From positions 2,087 through 66,086 of the forward strand of contig CALLKY010000029.1 of assembly GCA_938083135.1 (NCBI GenBank): a DNA stretch of 64,000 nucleotides, in the 5' to 3' direction. Position 1 is the first letter of the stretch; every line of letters begins with the position of its first letter. Source of the stretch: an uncultured Alphaproteobacteria bacterium. GTDB lineage: Bacteria > Pseudomonadota > Alphaproteobacteria > Bin95. Positions 49,724 to 57,689 of the stretch are shown in pieces. Position numbers and translations under genes: made by a program. The notes beneath the pieces are model-generated. The model was given only the letters and a program-made list of their open reading frames with translations, made no database searches and had not been told where the DNA came from.

Positions 49724-50341
49724 ATGTCCAAGATCAATCGGAAATTCTTTTTTGACACGGTTCGCCTGCGGCTCTTTGATGGCAAGCTGAAGCTATCGCA
49801 AGTCAGCGGCCTCACAGTGCTGCTCGATTATTGGGAACTAAAGCACAGCAAGAAAGATGATCGCTGGCTTGCATATGCGTTGGCGACGGCCCACCACGAA
49901 GTCGACCGCAAGATGCAGTCAATCAAAGAATATGGGCCGGATTCCTACTTCAAGCGCATGTACGATATTCAAGGCAACCGCCTCTGGGTCACAAAGCGGC
50001 TTGGCAATCTGCAACCGGGTGACGGGGTTATGTTCCATGGTCGCGGGTTTGTGCAATTCACCGGTCGTGTGAACTACGCGGATTGGGGCAATCGGCTAAA
50101 CTTAGACCTTACATCCAGTCGCGTTGCTGCCGATGCGGTGCTCGATGTTGAAGTTGCAACGATGATCTTGTTTGAAGGCATGATCCTCGGCACATTCACG
50201 CGCAAGAAGTTCAGCGATTACCTGAATGCTACAAAAGAAGATTGGGAAGGCGCGCGGCGGATCATCAACGGCAGGGACAAAAAAGTGCTGATCGCTTCAT
50301 ATGCCAAGAAATACTACTCCGCGATTTCCTACACGGTTTAA
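49724..50341 (+). CDS. GH19-like lysozyme/chitinase-fold protein (endolysin-like, no signal peptide)
   Basis: LAYALATAHHE...RLGNLQPGDGVMFHGRGFVQFTGRVNY matches the GH19 lysozyme core (AHES...GN..GDG..FRGRG.IQLTG..NY). AT-rich leader, GGAGGA RBS, lower GC. Confidence 0.6.
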   Translation: MSKINRKFFFDTVRLRLFDGKLKLSQVSGLTVLLDYWELKHSKKDDRWLAYALATAHHEVDRKMQSIKEYGPDSYFKRMYDIQGNRLWVTKRLGNLQPGDGVMFHGRGFVQFTGRVNYADWGNRLNLDLTSSRVAADAVLDVEVATMILFEGMILGTFTRKKFSDYLNATKEDWEGARRIINGRDKKVLIASYAKKYYSAISYTV

Positions 50342-50392
50342 CGCCGAGAAAGTTCGGGCCTTCTTGGGCCGAACAGGCCTGACCGGTAGACG

Positions 50393-50421
50393 GGCAGGGC
50401 GTGTCGATACCCGCCCTGCCC
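50393..50421. terminator. GC-rich hairpin between convergent genes (GGGCAGGGCG-9nt-CGCCCTGCCC)
   Basis: A perfect 10-bp inverted repeat seen directly in the sequence. There is no strong U-tract, so it acts as a bidirectional terminator-like element. Confidence 0.4.
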
Positions 50422-50429
50422 AATCGGCG

Positions 50430-51173
50430 TTAGTACGTGGCGCGACCGCCTGAGATGTCGAACACGGCACCGGTCGTGAAGCGCATTTCTTCGCTGGCGA
50501 GCCACGTCGCCATGCTGGCAACTTCCTCAACAGTGACGAACCGCCCGCGAGGAACCTTAGAGAGCATGTAGTCTATGTGCTCCTGGCTCATCTGATCGAA
50601 AATGCGGGTCTTCGCAGCGGCAGGCGTCATGCAATTCACTGCAATGTCATGACCCGCAAGCTCTTTGCCGAGAGATTTCGTCAACGCAATCACGCCAGCC
50701 TTAGCGGCGGAATAGGCTGCGGCGTTGGGATTGCCTTCTTTGCCCGCAATGGATGCAATTGAGACAATGCGGCCATAATTCCGCTCAATCATTTCGGGCA
50801 CGACGGCCTGGGCACAGTAAAATACAGCGTTTAGATCAAGCTCGATCACCCGCTTCCAATCCGCGATAGGGTATTCTGCGACGGGAACGGTTGGGCCAGC
50901 GATTCCCGCATTATTGACCAGAATATCAACGGGCCCGTTGGCGGCGCGGCTGGCTTTTAATCCGGCTTCGATGGATGCGGGGTCTGTCACATCGCCCTGA
51001 ACGGCGGTGGCACCATCCCGGCTGCCAGCCGCACCTGAAAGCTCATCACCATCAATATCCCACATGGAGACTTTCGCACCGGATGCGAGCAAGCGGTTTG
51101 TGATGGCCAGGCCGAAGCCTTGAGCTGCACCAGTGACAACAGCATGGCGGCCAGAAAGATCGATCTTGTTCAT
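50430..51173 (-). CDS. SDR-family oxidoreductase
   Basis: TGAAQGFG, NNAG, YSAAKAG. Confidence 0.85.
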   Translation of the reverse strand: MNKIDLSGRHAVVTGAAQGFGLAITNRLLASGAKVSMWDIDGDELSGAAGSRDGATAVQGDVTDPASIEAGLKASRAANGPVDILVNNAGIAGPTVPVAEYPIADWKRVIELDLNAVFYCAQAVVPEMIERNYGRIVSIASIAGKEGNPNAAAYSAAKAGVIALTKSLGKELAGHDIAVNCMTPAAAKTRIFDQMSQEHIDYMLSKVPRGRFVTVEEVASMATWLASEEMRFTTGAVFDISGGRATY

Positions 51174-51188
51174 GGATTTATCCTTAGA

Positions 51189-51920
51189 TTAAAGCGTCAG
51201 GCCGCCATCGGCGACAAAGACTGTTCCGGTCGTGTAGGCACTGTCGTCTGAGGCCAAGTACATCGCAGCCGCTGCGATTTCCTCTGCCGTGCCAAGGCGA
51301 CCCATAGGCTGGCGCGCGATGAAATCTTTCCGCGCCTGGACTGGATCATCAAAGGCGTTGATCCGATCATCCAGCGACGGGGATTGTACCGTACCCGGTG
51401 CAATGCAATTGCAGCGAATTCCAGCAGCAATGACGTCACGCGCGACCTGCTTGGTCAGGCCAATAACAGCCGCCTTGCTGGAGCCATAGACCAGCCGGTT
51501 CTGAACCCCCGCCAGGTGGGATGCCACAGACGCCATATTGATGATCGAGCCGTGGCCCTGCTCCAGCATGCCAGGCAGGAAGGTCTTGATGGTGCGGAAC
51601 ATGGATTTGACGTTCAAATCGAACCCGAAATCCCATTCCTCCTCCGTCGCTGTCAGAATGTCGCCGTGGTGCACGAAGCCTGCCACATTGCAAAGAATGT
51701 CAGGCGTACCAACTTCCTTTGCCAGCGTGCGTACTGACTCCCAGGATGTGACATCACATGCGCGCGCTTCAACGCCAATGAAGCCATCAAGCTTTCCTGC
51801 ATCGAGATCTGACGCATAGACCTTCGCGCCGGCGTCGCGGAATGCGGTTGCGATGGCCCGGCCAATACCCTGGCCAGCAGCGGTGACGACAGCGGTTTTT
51901 CCCGCCAAACGATCTGACAT
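51189..51920 (-). CDS. SDR-family oxidoreductase
   Basis: TAAGQGIG, YGSSKAA. Confidence 0.85.
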   Translation of the reverse strand: MSDRLAGKTAVVTAAGQGIGRAIATAFRDAGAKVYASDLDAGKLDGFIGVEARACDVTSWESVRTLAKEVGTPDILCNVAGFVHHGDILTATEEEWDFGFDLNVKSMFRTIKTFLPGMLEQGHGSIINMASVASHLAGVQNRLVYGSSKAAVIGLTKQVARDVIAAGIRCNCIAPGTVQSPSLDDRINAFDDPVQARKDFIARQPMGRLGTAEEIAAAAMYLASDDSAYTTGTVFVADGGLTL

Positions 51921-52037
51921 TATTTTGGTCCCCTGAATGATCGCGCGACCATATGGAGCGGTCCCAAGGATGGCAAGAGAAAGGGCCGATGCGATTCGTA
52001 TCGCACCGGCCCTTCGCCCGTCATAACCACTCAGCGC

Positions 52038-52481
52038 TTACAGATGCGCTAGAGCTTCCAGCACTTCTTCTGGATGCTCTGCCGGTTTCACCGTATCAAA
52101 GCGGCGGACGACCTTGCCGTCCGGTCCAATCAATACGGAAATCCGGGTCGGGCGGGGCGATTCATCATTCGCCGCGCCGTACGCGATCGACATGCTCTTA
52201 TCCGTGTCCGACAACAGGTCGAATGGGAAATCAAACTTGTCTTTAAAGGCTTTGTTGTCACTGGGCGCATCGAAGCTGCAGCCCATTACAACCACTTCAT
52301 TTGATTGAAAATCTTGGATTCTGTCACGGAACCCTTTGCCTTCAATCGTTCAACCAGGCGTATTCGCCTTGGGGTACCACCAGATCAGCACATACTTGCC
52401 AGCTTGGTCGCTCAAAGAAACTTGAGCGCCATCCTGGTTCGACAGGCTGAATCCGGGGGCCGTTTCACCAACCCCTGCCAT
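52038..52481 (-). CDS. bcp: Bcp/PrxQ-type peroxiredoxin with TGA at the peroxidatic Cys codon. This is either a candidate selenoprotein or a nonsense pseudogene.
   Basis: ATG (rc 52479..52481) with GGAG 7 nt upstream. The translation is collinear with E. coli Bcp (YPKANTPG[TGA]TIEGKGFRD versus YPKAMTPGCTVQACGLRD). TGA lies at plus 52350..52352. The ORF track reports only the 85-aa tail (52038..52295). Confidence 0.6.
52303..52347 (-). other. Hairpin starting 3 nt downstream of the in-frame UGA of bcp (SECIS-like candidate)
   Basis: mRNA GAUUGAA-GGCAAA-GGGUUC-CGUGACA-GAAUCC-AAGAUU-UUCAAUC. It has a 7-bp lower stem, a 6x6 internal loop, a 6-bp upper stem with one G.U pair, and a 7-nt loop. Confidence 0.4.
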
Positions 52482-52502
52482 TTGCCGTTCTCCTTCAGTG
52501 AT

Positions 52503-52516
52503 GTCACGGATGTGAC
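52503..52516. promoter_or_regulatory. Inverted repeat GTCAC-GGAT-GTGAC in the bcp / alpha-2-macroglobulin divergent promoter region
   Basis: A perfect 5-bp inverted repeat about 25 nt upstream of the bcp start codon. It is a candidate operator for a redox regulator. Confidence 0.25.
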
Positions 52517-52627
52517 CTTTCGAATGTAGGCTATGACGTTGCCGCTTTCCAGATCGTTCACCGCCTTAATCTCGCCCAGAAACATGGTAAGCTTTGCGCA
52601 TTAGTCGGTGACATTCGGGGATAAGCC

Positions 52628-55600
52628 ATGCGCACACGTTTAACCGTACTGGGAATAATATTCGCTTCATTCCTCGTAACTGGCGCGGCGCAGGCAGCTG
52701 ACCCAAGTTTCGATTGCGCCAAAGCATCAACAAATGTCGAAAAGCTGATTTGCGGTGACGATGCCCTAGCGGCGCAAGATGCCGCCATGGCGGATGCCTA
52801 TCGCAATGGCCGAAGGGTCTTGAGCGGCACCCGTCTTGATCGACTAAAACGGACGCAACGCTCATGGGCCAGAAGCCGCGCAGAAGCTTGCCCAGCAACG
52901 GCCGACCCAAAGGCACGCCAGGCGGCGACAGCATGTCTTGCAGGCATCTATGATACGCGAACAGACGCTATTTTTGCGATGACAGCACGCTCAATGCTGC
53001 GGCAGCCAACAGCATCAATTGAAGCTGATAGGCGCTCGCCGCTCGTTTGCGTAACGTTCGATGCAAAATTGGATGCGAAGCAACCGGCAGCGCTCGAAAC
53101 CTATGTATCCAGCAAGAATGGGGCGAAGCTTGCGGCGCGCATCAATGACAATCAGCTCTGCGTCGAAGGCTTTCCCCACGGCCAGGAAGACCAGCTGACA
53201 ATCTATGCAGGCCTGCGCGGCTCCAATGCAATGCTGCGGAAGGCGCAGACCGTTGACCTCGACGTGCCAGATCGCCCACGCCGTGTTGCGTTCCCATCCT
53301 CCGGCCTGATCCTGCCACTAACAGGGTCCGCTGGGTTGCCCATTGAAACCGTCAATCTGGATAAAGTCCGCGTCCTGGTGTTGCGGGTCGATGACCGCGA
53401 TGTCGTCGCCAATCTCCGCCGTGGGCTAATCGGTCAGCAGGTCAGCTATAATGAAGTTGGCCGTGCCGCCAGTAAGCTTGGCCGAAATGTCTGGACCGGC
53501 GATCTATTAATCGACAGCAAACAGAATCAATCCGCCAGGACTGCCCTGGCAATCGGCGATGTCATGCCGGATCTGAAGCCTGGCGTTTACTTGGCCGTAG
53601 CGGAAGATCCAGAAACTGATTTCCACGACGCCTATTGGGCGACGGCACAATGGTTTGTCGTATCTGATATCGGCCTGACCGCCTTCCAAGGCCTCGACGG
53701 ATTGACAGTTGCAGTCAGATCACTCAGCTCCGCGTTGCCTCAGGCTGGCGCAAAGCTTGTGCTGAAGTCCAATGATGGTGCCGACTTGGCCACCGTCACA
53801 TCTGATGCTGAGGGGCTTGGAAAGTTCGATATTGGTTATTTGCGCGGCCAAGGCAATGCAACGCCACATTCTGTCCTGGCTTACGGAGAGGCGGGCGACT
53901 TTGTTTATCTGGACCTCAACCGCTCATCACTCGATCTGTCAGATCGTGGCGTTGATGGCAGGCCAGCGCCGGGGGCGCTTGATGCCTATCTGAGGACGGA
54001 ACGCGGCGTTTATCGTCCTGGGGAGCCCGTACATTTCACTGCATTGCTCCGCTCCCCCAATTCCACCGCTGTCGAAAGCCAACCGCTAACATTGCGTGTT
54101 GTCCGCCAGGATGGACTTGAAGTCTATCGGTGCTCACTCCGCGATATGGGAGCAGGCGGATACTCCGCAACCATTTCACTGCCGCCCACAGCAGCAACCG
54201 GCAAATGGCGCGCAAGCCTGCATGCGTCTGCAAAGGGCGAAGCCATCGGGGCTACCAGCTTCTTGGTGGAAGACTTTGTTCCACCACGCATTGAAGCCAC
54301 CGTCGAAGCAAATCGCGATGGCCAATCCATCATAGCGACGGTCCAGGCAGATTTTTTGTATGGTGCCCCAGCAGCCGATATTCCGGTTGAAGTCGCAGCC
54401 ACGGTTCGTGAAGCACGGAATCCAGCGCCCGCCTTCAAAGGCTATAAATTCGGGCTCGCCCAGGAATCCACCGTAACGGGTGTCAGGCTTGGTTTAGGCT
54501 TGGGCGAAACAGACGAAAGCGGTGCAGCAGCGATCGCGGTCGATTTGGACGACCTTCCTGCCACCACGCGTCCACTTGAGGCTGAAATCAAGGCCAGCGT
54601 CTTTGATGTTGGCGGCAGGCCGATCATTGCGCGAACAACAGTCTCTTTGAAGAACTTACCGCAACTAATTGGCGTCAAACCATTATTTGAAGATGGCGGC
54701 ATTCAGCAAGGGGCTGTGGCCAGCTTCAATATCGTGGCCCTTGATGCATCCGGGACGCCAGAAGCCAGAACGCTAGAATATGCGATTATTCGGGAGGAGT
54801 ATGAGTATATCTGGTTTGATGCGGGCGGCCGCTGGGATTACCGGGTCCAATACCTGGATGCAGGCCTTGTTGACGCTGGCACGCTCACCATTGCCACTGA
54901 TACTCCAGCGCTCGTCTCCAGGCGCTTCGATGATTGGGGCCGCTTCCGCCTGGATGTGACCGATCCAGCCACTGGTGCCGCTACCAGCGTGCGCTTCCAT
55001 GCAGGCTGGTGGGGTGCGGGCGCAGGAGCGGACCCGGCACCGGACAAAGTGAAAATCGTCGTCGGCCCAGGCCCCTATAATCCTGGAGACAGCGTTCGGG
55101 TGACGATTGAACCGCCGTTCGATGCCCAAGTCATGGTGACGGTCGCTGATAGCGCCGTGCACTCGACCGAAATGGCGGCGATCCCGGCATCTGGTGGTGA
55201 AATCACTGTAAAACTGCCTGATGCAGGTGCCGCAGGTGTCTATCTGCTAGTCAACGCGTTTGGCCAAGCTGATGGCGAGCGCACGCAAGCCCCCCGCCGG
55301 GCTATCGGCGCACAATGGATCGCCTTTGATCCCGCACCAAGAACGCTAGATGTAGCGATGCAAGCGCCCGAGGCAACGGAGCCTGAGCGGCAGGTGAACG
55401 TGACTGTGCAGCTTGGCGCCGACGCCGCAGGCGACCCGGCCTATGTGACAGTCGCTGCTGTTGATGATGGCGTGCTTGGCCTCACAGGCTACAAATCACC
55501 CGACCCAGAGGCCTATTTCCTTGGCAAACGCCGCCTTGGTTTGGCATTACGTGACGTATATGGCCAGTTCATCGACGCAGCAGGATCTGTCGTGGGTAGG

Positions 55601-57679
55601 GTGCGAAGTGGTGGTGATGCGGAGGCTGACGCGAACGCCAACCAGCTTTCCAATCTGCCGAAGAAGACCCAGCCGGTGCTGGCGATTTTTAGCGGCATTG
55701 TGCTAACGGACCCATCTGGCAAAGCCGTTATCCCACTGAACCTTCCAGATTTCACAGGCCGCGTCCGCATCATGGCCCAGGCCTGGAACCAGGAGCGCGT
55801 CGGTGCCGCTGAATCCACTATGCTCGTGCGCCGTCCCGTGGTCGCAACCATGGCGATGCCGCGGTTCTTAAGCCCGAATGATACTGCAGATATCAGCATA
55901 TCTATCCGCAACCTTTCTGGCCTTGCAGGCGAATACCGTGCCGAGCTGACAACATCCGGCGTGATTGGCGCACCGGAAAACGCCGTTCTGACAGCAAATC
56001 TGAAGCCTGGCGACCCAGATGCACGTGCAGCCTTCGAAGTGCTGGCGATTGCACCCGGTGACACTGAAATGATGCTGACTGTCACGGGGCCAAACGGTAG
56101 GGTTTTCGAACGCCGCCGGACCATTACCACGCGCCCAGCGGCAGCCACACAAACCCGGAAGTTCCTCACCAAGCTCAAGCCCGGCAAATCACTGACGGTT
56201 GATCCATCTCTCCTGGACGGTCTGTATCCTGAAACAACAAATGTCGTGCTTGGCGTTAATCCGTTGCCAGACTTGGATTTGCCGTCGATTTTGGCAGGTC
56301 TATCCAGGTATCCCTACGGCTGCGCTGAACAGACGACATCCAAGGCAATGCCGCTGCTTCATGTAAAGGCGCTCCAAAGTGCATTACGGATCAGCCATGC
56401 TGGCCCACCAGCAGATGCCGTGGACAAAGGCGTCCTGCGGTTACTGGGGATGCAGTCCAGCAGCGGCGGATTCGGTTTCTGGAATAGCCAAAGTGAAGCC
56501 GGTGTATGGATTTCAGCCTATGTCACTGACTTCCTGGTTGATGCAAAACAGGCTGGCTACGCAGTACCCCAAGCCGCATTAGACAGAGCGTTGACGCGCT
56601 TGAGCGGCCTGGCGGATATCCGTTACCGGTTCGATAGATCACCGGAGGGTACGGGTGCCGCATATGCGCTTTATGTCAAGGCAAAAGCGGGCGTGGCTGA
56701 TCCAGCCCGGGTCCGTCGGTTTGCGGCGCAGCTCCCAAGCATGAAGCCAACCAGCCTTGGTCGCGCATTTGTTGCAGCCAGCCTCTCTGCCGTTGGCGAT
56801 AGGGGCAGGGCGCGCGCACTGTTCGCAACCATTCCAATGACCTCAAAGGCACAGAATGACGCGCACTACTACACCTATGGCTCCAATGTTCGGAATGCAG
56901 CTGCAATTTTGGCGCTGATGGCGGCAAGCCAGGATGTGGACTGGCCAGTGCTTGAAGCGCGCGCGGAGGTGCTCTCTGCCATGGTGCATGAGCGTCGCTG
57001 GCTCTCAACCCAGGAGCAGGCATGGATCGTTAAAGCGGCAGCGGGCCTTACTGGCGGCGACGCAAGCAATGTCGCTATCGGTGTTGACGGCGTGAACGTG
57101 ACGCTTGGTGGTGGGCAAGGTCTTTACCGGACTGTGTCCGCAACCAACATCGCATCCGCCCCCAGGATGGTGAACAACAGTGACCGCCAGATTACAGGCC
57201 TTGTCACGGTAACAGGATCGCCAAGCCAGGCGCTGCCTGCAGCCCAGCAAGGCTTCACAATTGAACGGACGCTGTTCACCGCTGATGGATCGCCCTTGGA
57301 CCCCAGCAAAGTGCGCCAGAACGATATTGTCGTTGTAACGCTGAAAGGCCAAATGATCGCGAAGGGCAGGGCACGCGCTTTGGCCGTGGATTACTTGCCT
57401 GCTGGGCTTGAACTAGAAAACGCCAAACTTGGTGGTGATGATCTAGGGGCCTATGGCTGGCTTGGTGCCGTCACCATGCCAGAGCATGTTGAACTGCGTG
57501 ATGACCGCTATATCGCCCAGGTAAACCTATCGCAGAAGGGGGAGTTCCGCGTTGCCTATATCGCCCGCGCCGTAACACCTGGCCACTTCGCCCACGGCGG
57601 CGCGCATATCGAAGATATGTACCAGCCGGAACAGTTTGGCCGGGGTGCGGCGACATCGATTGTGATTAGCAAACGCTAG
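52628..57679 (+). CDS. Bacterial alpha-2-macroglobulin family protein (thioester type)
   Basis: 1683 aa with a signal peptide, MG-domain repeats and a GCAEQ thioester motif. It is followed 10 nt later by pbpC, the classic A2M-PBP1C pairing. Confidence 0.9.
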   Translation: MRTRLTVLGIIFASFLVTGAAQAADPSFDCAKASTNVEKLICGDDALAAQDAAMADAYRNGRRVLSGTRLDRLKRTQRSWARSRAEACPATADPKARQAATACLAGIYDTRTDAIFAMTARSMLRQPTASIEADRRSPLVCVTFDAKLDAKQPAALETYVSSKNGAKLAARINDNQLCVEGFPHGQEDQLTIYAGLRGSNAMLRKAQTVDLDVPDRPRRVAFPSSGLILPLTGSAGLPIETVNLDKVRVLVLRVDDRDVVANLRRGLIGQQVSYNEVGRAASKLGRNVWTGDLLIDSKQNQSARTALAIGDVMPDLKPGVYLAVAEDPETDFHDAYWATAQWFVVSDIGLTAFQGLDGLTVAVRSLSSALPQAGAKLVLKSNDGADLATVTSDAEGLGKFDIGYLRGQGNATPHSVLAYGEAGDFVYLDLNRSSLDLSDRGVDGRPAPGALDAYLRTERGVYRPGEPVHFTALLRSPNSTAVESQPLTLRVVRQDGLEVYRCSLRDMGAGGYSATISLPPTAATGKWRASLHASAKGEAIGATSFLVEDFVPPRIEATVEANRDGQSIIATVQADFLYGAPAADIPVEVAATVREARNPAPAFKGYKFGLAQESTVTGVRLGLGLGETDESGAAAIAVDLDDLPATTRPLEAEIKASVFDVGGRPIIARTTVSLKNLPQLIGVKPLFEDGGIQQGAVASFNIVALDASGTPEARTLEYAIIREEYEYIWFDAGGRWDYRVQYLDAGLVDAGTLTIATDTPALVSRRFDDWGRFRLDVTDPATGAATSVRFHAGWWGAGAGADPAPDKVKIVVGPGPYNPGDSVRVTIEPPFDAQVMVTVADSAVHSTEMAAIPASGGEITVKLPDAGAAGVYLLVNAFGQADGERTQAPRRAIGAQWIAFDPAPRTLDVAMQAPEATEPERQVNVTVQLGADAAGDPAYVTVAAVDDGVLGLTGYKSPDPEAYFLGKRRLGLALRDVYGQFIDAAGSVVGRVRSGGDAEADANANQLSNLPKKTQPVLAIFSGIVLTDPSGKAVIPLNLPDFTGRVRIMAQAWNQERVGAAESTMLVRRPVVATMAMPRFLSPNDTADISISIRNLSGLAGEYRAELTTSGVIGAPENAVLTANLKPGDPDARAAFEVLAIAPGDTEMMLTVTGPNGRVFERRRTITTRPAAATQTRKFLTKLKPGKSLTVDPSLLDGLYPETTNVVLGVNPLPDLDLPSILAGLSRYPYGCAEQTTSKAMPLLHVKALQSALRISHAGPPADAVDKGVLRLLGMQSSSGGFGFWNSQSEAGVWISAYVTDFLVDAKQAGYAVPQAALDRALTRLSGLADIRYRFDRSPEGTGAAYALYVKAKAGVADPARVRRFAAQLPSMKPTSLGRAFVAASLSAVGDRGRARALFATIPMTSKAQNDAHYYTYGSNVRNAAAILALMAASQDVDWPVLEARAEVLSAMVHERRWLSTQEQAWIVKAAAGLTGGDASNVAIGVDGVNVTLGGGQGLYRTVSATNIASAPRMVNNSDRQITGLVTVTGSPSQALPAAQQGFTIERTLFTADGSPLDPSKVRQNDIVVVTLKGQMIAKGRARALAVDYLPAGLELENAKLGGDDLGAYGWLGAVTMPEHVELRDDRYIAQVNLSQKGEFRVAYIARAVTPGHFAHGGAHIEDMYQPEQFGRGAATSIVISKR

Positions 57680-57689
57680 GATATTTAGC

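Noticed and set aside
55513-56187. 224-aa minus-strand ORF within the alpha-2-macroglobulin gene
   Set aside because: It is antisense to a 1683-aa gene with coherent domain architecture.
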